This document shows, in pieces, positions 14,684-25,432 of a DNA stretch of 64,000 nucleotides. Source of the stretch: Epiperipatus broadwayi (lineage: Eukaryota; Animalia; Onychophora); assembly GCA_028023455.1 (NCBI GenBank), contig JAQFVV010000003.1, forward strand, positions 27,776,001 to 27,840,000, read 5' to 3'. The notes under the pieces are model-generated. The model was not told where the DNA came from and did no database searches. It was given only the letters and a program-made list of their open reading frames with translations. How positions within the stretch are numbered: the first letter of the stretch is position 1; each line of letters begins with the position of its first letter. The translations under genes were made by a program, and so were the position numbers.

Positions 14684-15203
14684 AAATAGCTTGTGTAAGC
14701 ATGTTATGTTTAGTGGTTTAATACATCAATGGTAATTGTTGTCTGAAGTTAAGATATAATTTTTGAAAATAAAAACAGACTATTATTAATATTTCAACAA
14801 TATTCTTTTACATTTATAATTTAACAAATATACATGAACTTTCATTTTATAATGTGAATTTTATTGTCAGGTTTTTGTTTTAAAAAAGTTAAAAAATCAC
14901 ATATATTTTTAATTTGAACACAATTTAATATGATAGGGAAAAATTGCACTTTTTTTTAAAAAAAATTTAATAAAAGAACTCTGAAAATAATACGTTTATT
15001 TAGTCATCGTTCTTCATGAAATCTTATTTTTAACTGCAAATGTTGTCAATCTTTTTTTTATTTTTTAATATTAAAATGAAGAATGAAAGGTCATCATTAC
15101 AAATGTTAATCTTTCAAACTATTTTTTTTCCTCATTATTATAATAAATGAATATTTGAATAATTTTTATTAAACATTACAATAATATGGAAATTGCAAAT
15201 TGT

Positions 15204-15558
15204 TTACGGTTTTTTCTTCTTTAAAGTAGTATAAACATTCATATAACTTTTCTGTGCACTGTTTAACTTTATAGAAGCGTTCACGATCATTATTATTGGA
15301 ATAATAAGCCAAAATGAATTCATAATAATAAAATACCCCCAAAAATAAATAGGATGCCACATAATACCATGTATAAAATTGTCTTCATATTCTGTAAGAA
15401 AGTACAGACAGTCACCATATAGTTGTCCAGAAGAAACTAATAGCTGAAGAACATAAGCATATGGTTTATTCGCCAGAAATGCTGCAACAGTGAGAAAGCA
15501 TGCAGGTCCTTCTACAAAAGCCGTGAATGTTTCTACCATGATGATGAATGAGTCAGAA
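15204..15558 (-). CDS. EBP: Terminal coding exon of EBP (3-beta-hydroxysteroid delta8-delta7 isomerase / emopamil-binding protein)
   Basis: SDSFIIMVETFTAFVEGP...QLLVSSGQLYGDCLYFLTE...HPIYFWGYFIIMNSFWLIIP matches the EBP C-terminal half; equivalents of human E122, N193 and W196 are kept. Acceptor polypyrimidine+AG at 15560-15559; exon starts 1 nt before the Ser codon. Confidence 0.95.
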
Positions 15559-17249
15559 CTAGAATTAAAAAAAAAAGAATTTAAATTTTTTATATCTGAA
15601 AATAATTTACAGCTAATTGTTTACATTACAATAATTTAATGCTTAAAATGAATAATATTAAAAATTTACTTTGTTTTATATTTTTCACATGCATAAACAA
15701 AAACGGAATGACATGAATTAAACTAAGATAAGAACAATTACGAGAGTTTATATACATTTGATAAAGCATTAGATTCTTCCATCTTGTCCTAATGAGATAA
15801 TAGTGATATCTTTCATCAACTCTAGAAATTACAGTATATTTCTTTCTAACTACTCTCAAATATCTTCAGTATCCAAGATATTATTTGGAAGACTATCATA
15901 TATTTATTTAGAAAATAAAATACTGTAATCATTTCATAATGTATAATTAGAAGTATATAATTTAGAAACTGAATTTTGGAAATGATTAACAATTAAAAAT
16001 ATCCTTTCTGAATAGAATACATTTGTCATGAAGTGTCATTTAGAGCACATTATGAAGCACGATATACTATTAATGTCAGGATAATAGATAATATCTTATT
16101 TTGCAGTAAGTGTTTGAGAAGGCATTATAATGTTCTAAATCAGTACTTCTAAATTTCTATGCAATCTATAATTTTTAGCTTAATTATGAAATACAAATAA
16201 TGAAACTATTTAGAAAATATAACTTTAATGTTATTTTTCATTGGGGGAATTTTACCAGATGCAAATATTGCTAGTTTAAAACAAAATTACAGTATGTGCT
16301 CTTTATTTACTACAGTTACTTCTCCTATGCATCTATTGGTGCATTAATATAAAAATAAGATGCATTTACCCTGAAAAAAAAAGTCTTCTGTGACTCTTTG
16401 AGCAATCATAATTCAGAATTTCATAACACTATTTTAATTCTGAAGTTTCTGTTTTATAACATCAGCATCATCATTAGCAGCTATTCATAATAAACTTCAC
16501 AAAAAAAAAAGAAATAAAAAAAATTAAGCGATCTTTGTAACGATTATGAAATCAATGCATGATACCACTATCATAATACATAACAAGTTATCTTTTAATT
16601 TCTGCAGCAAACTTTTTCTTCTGAAAAGTTTTAATATCTTTTCTAATTATAGATTTGCATTACATGTTATCCATAGACATATACATCATCCCAATGCAAA
16701 CATCTTGATGCCTGCTTCACAAAACTGCAGATACACTGTTTTTACCACAATATTTCCTATATTAATATCATAAATTTCTCATGCTAGCTCCTATGCTTTA
16801 TCTTATATCATGATATAGAAGCTATATAATATGAATAAATTTCAGTAACAAACAACTGGTTTCAAACATTCCCACAAACTTTTCGACTAACAGAATCACA
16901 AAGTAAAAGACATTAACATAACAAACATTTATATGGATTGATTGTGGAAAGATATATTAATATGCACTAAAGTTAAAATGGTAGTTGAAGTAAAAACAGA
17001 TCCTATTCCAATAGATATTCATTCTTTAGATTACAACTGTTATAGTAAATTTCAATGGCTATTATATACTAAAATTGCCTATTTGAATTTTCACACTTAT
17101 CATGTTATTAAGGCATATAATTAATTCTCTTAAAAAGTGTTTACAAGTGTAAGTGTATTCTTAAGCCCATTAAAAAAATTATAAGTTGTTTAACAATGAC
17201 TGTAATATTAGTGACCCAATTAAATGAAAACTTATGTCATTCTCTGTTT

Positions 17250-17690
17250 GTAGAAGAAACAAAATAAAGATGAAGCTTCAAAAGCAACGTAGAGGATTAA
17301 AGACACAAGTTCAATAATTGACAAGAAAACATAACAAAGACTGATGAATCAAAAGTGTAAAGGAAATACAATTGTTTGCTTAACATAATCACTTGTGATC
17401 TTTTTTTATTGTACTGATAGTAATTTACGTTCCTGAAAAATGATACAACATTCTTATTATATCAGAGATCACTCTTTTGCATAATAATGATATTTTGAAT
17501 AGGTGGAATGAGTATTTTGGTGATCTTTTGAATAATGATGCAGAATTCAGATGACTGTTTTAGTGATATATTATTGCAGTCAATTTACTTAGGCTTGGAC
17601 ATTCCAGATTGGTGAAATTGAAAAAGGTCTGTAATTTTAAATATAGAAAAGCAGCAAGTCCTATGTGAGATACTGAAAAAGTTTTAGAAT
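17250..17690 (+). mobile_element. Possible RTE-like LINE fragment
   Basis: RWNEYFGDLLNND (~17500) followed by EIEKGL...KAASP-like remnants, typical of the region N-terminal to RTE RT. Very decayed. Confidence 0.35.
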
Positions 17691-17719
17691 ATGTGATAAT
17701 GTATTAGCTATATATAATA

Positions 17720-18640
17720 GTGTCACATCAATCTTTTTTTTTTTTTGTCAATATTTCTGTCTGAAAATACATTAATTACACGAATATACTTCAAAGTAAT
17801 ATTTTCTCCTTTGTCTAGTCTAGAACTATCAGTTGTAAACTTGAGAAATCTGACTTTTCCAGACCTTAGTATATTTAAATTGCCATCCCCGGATTGGGGG
17901 CTGGATTTTGCCTTTATCAATGAACTTATAATAGTGTCAAAGTAGAGAATAGTAGTAAGTTCAAAGTATCATATGGTGGTATATCATATGGTGGTATAAC
18001 AACTTGGAAATGATTGAGAACAGCAACTAATTGAGTGTACATTTCAATAGTATGGAAAGCCAAAACAAAAAGTCCTTTTTCCAAAAAAAAAAAAGAGTCG
18101 GTAAACAACAAAAATTATTTGAAGTAATTATTCAAATTATTGACAAAATGAAAACTCTAATATTACTTTCAACAATTTATTAATTTTCAATAAAATATAA
18201 AACATGTTTAAATATACCATGAACATGTTTCAGACCAAATGTTTTCTAAAAGTCAGATAAAAATCTTTAAATAGCCCAATGCAGCACAAAGATTTTTCCA
18301 AAGAGGAACATAGAGTAAGAGCTATTAGTTATTAAGTCATCCAACAAGAAGATGAATTAATAGTTTTCTTATTTTACTTTGTCTGGATTTAAGCTTCAAG
18401 TTATGGATGTAATAGGCAGATATTTGTAATAATAAAAATATTTTAGATATAAATTTCTTTGCTTTGTGTGAGTGTTTTCACTATCTAAATAGTTATCAGA
18501 GCCCATAGGTTTAGGGTATCTCTCTCCAAGGATGAAAGCTACATGGTATTTCAATTGTGCCTTTCCTTTAAAGGTTGTATCAGCATTCATTTGACCAATC
18601 CAAGTGTTTTGTGATCTTTATTTTTCAGCAAAAAAACAAA
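17720..18640 (-). mobile_element. Possible decayed LINE endonuclease and RT-N-terminal remnant
   Basis: Minus strand SQNTW...KYHVAFIL...ISAYYIHN...LLDDL resemble APE motifs in order, followed by KAKSSPQSGDG (KSPGPDG-like). Confidence 0.33.
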
Positions 18641-19372
18641 AAAACAAATACTGTTCACTGACCACCAACAATTACTGGATTGTAGCAGCTATCCAGAAAA
18701 AAATCTTTAATTTCTACTGAAAGTTAGGAGCATGGGATTCACTTTAGAGTTACATCGAATGTGCACAATATATATTTTAATTTGATGAAATCAATACAAT
18801 ATACAAGTTCATTTGTCACTCAACTGAGGGTTTTTTTTAATATTAAAACCTTATTTGATGGCATAACATAAATATAAGTTTCAATTCCATTTACAATTGC
18901 ATAGAATTAATATAAAAAATGAAGTAAACATATATACATAACAGTAGTTAATCACATCGTTTTCCAAATTAAAACCATATACATATTCAGAAAATCTATT
19001 CATTCATTTTACATCTCCAATCCTGCAATCATATGATTTTACAATAGCAGATCTAAGAGCACTACATTCAGAAAGCAGATCATGTCAACTGACCTTATGA
19101 TCTTGGAATCTTACTTTTAAATATGTTATATAAATAAAATTATTAATAAAAACAATAAGAATAAATTAAAGATAAAAAAGAAATATAATAAATGGTATTT
19201 GTTGAATAAAATGTATTTGATATAAAATTAATACACACATAAAAAAAAAAAAATTTATAATAACATTTAAGTAAAATTAAGAGCATGCTAATAGCTCTAA
19301 ACAAGCTTTTTTTTTTTATTTATGATAAATGCTACTACAAGAGAAGGCATTCAAATCATTTTCATCTTGGAT

Positions 19373-19430
19373 TGTCCCCATCCCCAGACCGGTTTCGAGC
19401 TATGGGTCTCTTCAGTGAGGAGTTGGGATA
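19373..19430 (-). ncRNA. Type I hammerhead ribozyme, copy 1 (stem II mismatch variant)
   Basis: CUGAAGA and GAAAC..GUC core intact; stem II reads GACC-CAUA-GCUC, giving a C-C mismatch. Confidence 0.75.
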
Positions 19431-19796
19431 TTAGATCTAAAAAACCAACTCAAGCAAAGCATTTATCTAAAAGATAATTGTTAGAAGAAGATCTGAAACT
19501 TTTAGACATCTACATGTCTTTAAAGTCAGCTCTCCAACTGAAAAAATCATATAGGCCTGAACTTAATTCAGATACTCCATATATTAGTAGGCTTAGCTCT
19601 TTAATTTAGCTAAAGCCACAACAACAAAATAATAATAGTAATAATAACAAGTCAGATGTCACATGACTTATATATAGCTTGTACTTACAAATATGTAAAA
19701 TTAAGAGCATGCTAATAGCTCTAAACAAGCTTTTTTTTTTTATTTATGATAAATGCTACTACAAGAGAAGGCATTCAAATCATTTTTATCTTGGAT

Positions 19797-19854
19797 TGTC
19801 CCCATCCCCAGACCGGTTTCGACCTATGGGTCTCTTCAGTGAGGAGTTGGGACA
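19797..19854 (-). ncRNA. Type I hammerhead ribozyme, copy 2
   Basis: Reverse complement of UGUCCCAACUCCUCA-CUGAAGA-GACCCAUAGGUC-GAAACCGGUC/UGGGGAUGGGGACA on the plus strand. Confidence 0.88.
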
Positions 19855-20218
19855 TTAGATCTAAAAAACCAACTCAAGCAAAGCATTTATCTAAAAGATA
19901 ATTGTTAGAAGATCTGAAACTTTTAGACATCTACATGTCTTTAAAGTCAGCTCTCCAACTGAAAAAATCATATAGACCTGAACTTAATTCAGATACTCCA
20001 TATATTAGTAGGCTTAGCTCTTTAATTTAGCTAAAGCCACAACAACAAAATAATAATAGTAATAATAACAAGTCAGATGTCACATGACTTATATATAGCT
20101 TGCACTTACAAATATGTAAAATTAAGAGCATGCTAATAGCTCTAAACAAGCTTTTTTTTTTTTATTTATGATAAATGCTACTACAAGAGAAGGCATTCAA
20201 ATCATTTTTATCTTGGAT

Positions 20219-20276
20219 TGTCCCCATCCCCAGACCGGTTTCGACCTATGGGTCTCTTCAGTGAGGAGTTGGGACA
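20219..20276 (-). ncRNA. Type I hammerhead ribozyme, copy 3
   Basis: Same intact motif as copy 2. Confidence 0.88.
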
Positions 20277-20640
20277 TTAGATCTAAAAAACCAACTCAAG
20301 CAAAGCATTTATCTAAAAGATAATTGTTAGAAGAAGATCTGAAACTTTTAGACATCTACATGTCTTTAAAGTCAGCTCTCCAACTGAAAAAATCATATAG
20401 GCCTGAACTTAATTCAGATACTCCATATATTAGTAGGCTTAGCTCTTTAATTTAGCTAAAGCCACAACAGCAAAATAATAATAGTAATAATAACAAATCA
20501 GATGTCACATGACTTATATATAGCTTGCACTTACAAATATGTAAAATTAAGAGCATGCTAATAGCTCTAAACAAGCTTTTTTTTTATTTATGATAAATGC
20601 TACTACAAGAGAAAGCATTCAAATCATTTTTATCTTGGAT

Positions 20641-20698
20641 TGTCCCCATCCCCAGACCGGTTTCGACCTATGGGTCTCTTCAGTGAGGAGTTGGGACA
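20641..20698 (-). ncRNA. Type I hammerhead ribozyme, copy 4
   Basis: Same intact motif as copy 2. Confidence 0.88.
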
Positions 20699-21075
20699 TT
20701 AGATCTAAAAAAACAACTCAAGCAAAGCATTTATCTAAAAGATAATTGTTAGAAGAAGATCTGAAACTTTTAGACATCTACATGTCTTTAAAGTCAGCTC
20801 TCAAACTGAAAAAATCATATAGGCCTGAACTTAATTCAGATACTCCATATATTAGTAGGCTTAGCTCTTTAAATTATTTTGCTGTTGTGGCTTTAGCTAA
20901 ATTAAAGAGCTAAGCCTACTAATATATTGAGTATCTGAATTAAGTTCAGACCTATATGATTTTTTCAGTTGGAGAGCTGACTTTAAAGACATGTAGATGT
21001 CTAAAAGTTTCAGATCTTCTTCTAACAATTATCTTTTAGATAAATGCTTTGCTTGAGTTGGTTTTTTAGATCTAA

Positions 21076-21133
21076 TGTCCCAACTCCTCACTGAAGAGAC
21101 CCATAGGTCGAAACCGGTCTGGGGATGGGGACA
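21076..21133 (+). ncRNA. Type I hammerhead ribozyme, copy 5
   Basis: CTGAAGA at 21091; stem II GACC/GGTC; GAAA at 21110; predicted cleavage after GUC at 21119; stem I CUCCUCA/UGGGGA plus distal UGUCCC/GGGACA. Confidence 0.9.
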
Positions 21134-21496
21134 ATCCAAGATAAAAATGATTTGAATGCCTTCTCTTGTAGTAGCATTTATCATAAATAAAAAATAAAGC
21201 TTGTTTAGAGCTATTAGCATGCTCTTAATTTTACATATTTGTAAGTGCAAGCTATATATGTCATGTGACATCTGACTTGTTATTATTACTATTATTATTT
21301 TGCTGTTGTGGCTTTAGCTAAATTAAAGAGCTAAGCCTACTAATATATGGAGTATCTGAATTAAGTTCAGGCCTATATGATTTTTTCAGTTGGAGAGCTG
21401 ACTTTAAAGACATGTAGATGTCTAAAAGTTTCAGATCTTCTTCTAACAATTATCTTTTAGATAAATGCTTTGCTTGAGTTGGTTTTTTAGATCTAA

Positions 21497-21548
21497 TGTC
21501 CCAACTCCTCACTGAAGAGACCCATAGGTCGAAACCGGTCTGGGGACA
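21497..21548 (+). ncRNA. Type I hammerhead ribozyme, copy 6 (one TGGGGA repeat of stem I lost)
   Basis: Core intact, cleavage site at 21540; 3' strand is TGGGGACA only. Confidence 0.8.
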
Positions 21549-21915
21549 ATCCAAGATAAAAATGATTTGAATGCCTTCTCTTGTAGTAGCATTTATCATA
21601 AATAAAAAAAAAAAGCTTGTTTAGAGCTATTAGCATGCTCTTAATTTTACATATTTGTAAGTGCAAGCTATATATAAGTCATGTGACATCTGACTTGTTA
21701 TTATTACTATTATTATTTTGCTGTTGTGGCTTTAGCTAAATTAAAGAGCTAAGCCTACTAATATATGGAGTATCTGAATTAAGTTCAGGCCTATATGATT
21801 TTTTCAGTTGGAGAGCTGACTTTAAAGACATGTAGATGTCTAAAAGTTTCAGATCTTCTTCTAACAATTATCTTTTAGATAAATGCTTTGCTTCAGTTGG
21901 TTTTTTTAGATCTAA

Positions 21916-21973
21916 TGTCCCAACTCCTCACTGAAGAGACCCATAGGTCGAAACCGGTCTGGGGATGGGGACA
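21916..21973 (+). ncRNA. Type I hammerhead ribozyme, copy 7
   Basis: Intact motif; cleavage site at 21959. Confidence 0.9.
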
Positions 21974-22344
21974 ATCCAAGATAAAAATGATTTGAATGCC
22001 TTCTCTTGTAGTAGCATTTATCATAAATAAAAAAAAAAAAAAAGCTTGTTTAGAGCTATTAGCATGCTCTTAATTTTACATATTTGTAAGTGCAAGCTAT
22101 ATATAAGTCATGTGACATCTGACTTGTTATTATTACTATTATTATTTTGCTGTTGTGGCTTTAGCTAAATTAAAGAGCTAAGCCTACTAATATATGGAGT
22201 ATCTGAATTAAGTTCAGGCCTATATGATTTTTTCAGTTGGAGAGCTGACTTTAAAGACATGTAGATGTCTAAAAGTTTCAGATCTTCTTCTAACAATTAT
22301 CTTTTAGATAAATGCTTTGCTTCAGTTGGTTTTTTTAGATCTAA

Positions 22345-22402
22345 TGTCCCAACTCCTCACTGAAGAGACCCATAGGTCGAAACCGGTCTGGGGATGGGGA
22401 CA
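22345..22402 (+). ncRNA. Type I hammerhead ribozyme, copy 8
   Basis: Intact motif; cleavage site at 22388. Confidence 0.9.
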
Positions 22403-22771
22403 ATCCAAGATAAAAATGATTTGAATGCCTTCTCTTGTAGTAGCATTTATCATAAAATAAAAAAAAAAAAAGCTTGTTTAGAGCTATTAGCATGCTCTTA
22501 ATTTTACATATTTGTAAGTTCAAGCTATATATAAGTCATGTGACATCTGACTTGTTATTATTACTATTATTATTTTGCTGTTGTGGCTTTAGCTAAATTA
22601 AAGAGCTAAGCCTACTAATATATGGAGTATCTGAATTAAGTTCAGGCCTATATGATTTTTTCAGTTGGAGAGCTGACTTTAAAGACATGTAGATGTCTAA
22701 AAGTTTCAGATCTTCTTCTAACAATTATCTTTTAGATAAATGCTTTGCTTGAGTTGGTTTTTTAGATCTAA

Positions 22772-22829
22772 TGTCCCAACTCCTCACTGAAGAGACCCAT
22801 AGCTCGAAACCGATCTGGGGATGGGGACA
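22772..22829 (+). ncRNA. Type I hammerhead ribozyme, copy 9 (degenerate)
   Basis: Stem II GACC/GCTC mismatch and GAAACCGATC (G16.2 to A), probably impaired. Confidence 0.7.
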
Positions 22830-23193
22830 ATCGAAGATAAAAATGATTTGAATGCCTTCTCTTGTAGTAGCATTTATCATAAATAAAAAAAAAGCTTGTT
22901 TAGAGCTATTAGCATGCTCTTAATTTTACATATTTGTAAGCGCAAGCTATATATAAGTCATGTGACATCTGACTTGTTATTATTACTATAACATTTAAGG
23001 AAAATAAATATGGGAAAAAAATTCTATTAATAAACATACAAAAAACACAGCATACATATATTTATTAAGTGATATTAAAATATTTTATTAAAAATAAAAC
23101 AGAAAGAAAAATAAAGAAATGCCACATAAAAAATTAAAATAAAAATCCAGAATAAAATTATTAATGTTTAATTAATTATTAATATATATATAC

Positions 23194-25211
23194 TGTAAGG
23201 GTGGCTGACAACCACCGAAAAACAACCTATATTAATCCCCACCACTAAACCAAGCCCATTCAAAACATGCGCTTAACTAGTAAATGGTTGAATATACACT
23301 ATCTTCTCTTTTTAAGCATATCTATACACATGCGAAGAATGTTTACTTTGTTACATATCAAAGTAAATAAATGTCACAATAAACTAATTTTCATTACTTA
23401 ATAAAAGAAGTAAAAGCCCATATAATGAAAAATAGAATTAAACACTTTAAAGAAATCATTTAAATATATATACTAATAATAGACTAATCACCAATGTAAT
23501 GTACATCACAAATTGGACAGAGACTAAGTAAGCATAGTGATGCCCCAATGTCAAGCTAATCACTAGGCAAACAAGTGTGGAAAATAAAATTAGAATTCTA
23601 TTAAGCAATTCTATAAATTAACTACTTCCAAGGTAATTTATGCAACAATAGGCAACTGCAGCAATATCTAAGGAAATGGAAGATTTAGTATACCAAATAC
23701 CAGAAACTACGCTCAGTATAAAAGCAAACCCAGTTCATTTCTATTCTCTTTTCTTTTTTTTTATATAATGCATTAACCATAGAAATTCAACATTGTGAGA
23801 CCGAATTTTCAAATGCGAAGGAAAATGGATGTCTCATTTGAATATTCTGGCTTATCCATATAAGTTTATTAGAGTAAAACCATAAGAAATTAAAATTGAT
23901 GTTTGAATTAAGAGAGGTTTCAGAAATTCGTGCAGCTTGATAAAATAAATGAATTATTTTCAAACCAATATTGGAGAAACAACCATATTATTTGAACACG
24001 AATAGAAAAGGAATAAAACATCGTCAGCAGTTAAACAAAATGCTGAAATAATTTCTCTTGCATATAAAGCCATTAAATGCCAAACTGCAAATAGACAAAA
24101 TTTAATTCTGTTATAAATTACTGTACAATGTATTCTAAATTACTAGTGCCATAGGACTGAGTACCATTATTCCAACCCTCGAAGTGCAATGATTTTGTTT
24201 GCTTACTCAGGTAATGCCTAAAGGAACACCAATTGTCCTACGACAAATGTCTACGTGGATCGAGAGTGACTGGACAGAATTGATGCAATATTGCTTTGAG
24301 CATGTTATGTAAGGATTTAAACGAGCGATGAATATTTTACCTAAGGAGAGTGGTCTGAAAAGAGATAGACTGTACCCATAAAAGACATTGTTGCCCACCT
24401 CATGAACATTAACCAAGATGATTTAATGAAAGCTTTGATTTTATGTATTTTTACCATATATATATATGTTTGAAAAATTCTTTTATTTCCATATTAGGAA
24501 GCATAAATGTTTATAACTTGGTAAAGTCCATTATAAATGGAAGCAACAAAAAGAGGGGGGAATCATTAAGTTAGATAAGTTTTTTTTGTTTGTTTTAAAT
24601 AAAGCTTAGATCAGTTTCCTTCGGTAGCGACTTGACATTGATCATCATAATATGGAATAATGTAAGATCTTTAAGATTATTCCATATTAAGTGCATACAT
24701 TTATTACAGAACAGAGTTTACATTATTTGTTTGTTGTTAACTAATAATTGTATGTTTATTTTTTCAATGTAAATAACTAATCTTCTTGTGCAGATGCTCT
24801 TTTTGTCAGCAGTAGAGAATTATACATAGATAGGGGGGTCCCCAAGAAGATCAAACACTGTTAATCTGAATTGGATGACAATGTTACTGCAAATGCACCA
24901 GCATATATTAGATAGTTAGCTATGCAGTCATTGTACTAATAGTGATTTTTGTTTTGGCTTTGTAAATAATTTGTGCCACGTCATGCATTTCTACCACTGG
25001 ATCAGGGTTTGGAATCGTAAATATAATCAATTGTTGATATGGTAGAAATCCATCCTTGATGCATATAATTATACTGTTTCATCGTGTTAAAAAGTTTTAA
25101 TTTTTTACTTTGTTTTGTTATCTAATAAATGTTGTAGAATTTATTCATATCAAACTAGTCTCTAGTTTATTAAAATCATCTTACATTCACTAATCAACCG
25201 GTATCCTAGGA
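23194..25211 (+). repeat. Gypsy 5' LTR, first part
   Basis: Collinear with 39407-41345; starts TGTAAG. Confidence 0.88.
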
Positions 25212-25432
25212 CAGTGGTGGTGAACCTTTTTATATGCACATGCCAAATATTGTAATTATTTTTTTGTCCAACCTCTGGCATGCTGGGAAATTCTTAGTAG
25301 GAAATAAACAGTAAAAAGTTCATTGTTATAATATTTTATTAAATTAGATTAAGGAGCTGACTTAAAAATTCACAAAATAATTGTATACAACACATTTTGC
25401 TATATAAAAATCAATACGAATTCTAGCTTTTA

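Larger units (their letters stand above)
19272..22987. mobile_element. Retrozyme-like insertion: inverted tandem array of ~424-bp hammerhead-ribozyme monomers with 12-bp TSD
   Basis: Monomer starts at 19271, 19695, 20116 and 20541, then reverse-complement copies ending at 21234, 21650, 22079, 22507 and 22929. Inversion junction at 20872/20873. ATAACATTTAAG flanks both sides (19260-19271, 22988-22999). Each monomer carries one CTGAAGA-GACC(CATA)GGTC-GAAA-CCGGTC core. Confidence 0.88.

Noticed and set aside
16546-16900. LINE C-terminal zinc finger (CICSF...HWD) on the minus strand
   Set aside because: Too degenerate to distinguish from chance.
21029-21271. 80-aa ORF (and the 60-aa ORF at 22341-22523) as protein genes
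   Set aside because: They depend on poly-A/T tract length, are broken in other monomers and show no recognisable domain.
19272-22987. CRISPR array or ordinary satellite interpretation of the repeat block
   Set aside because: No unique spacers, the context is eukaryotic, and each unit has a ribozyme core; the TSD and inversion indicate a single insertion.
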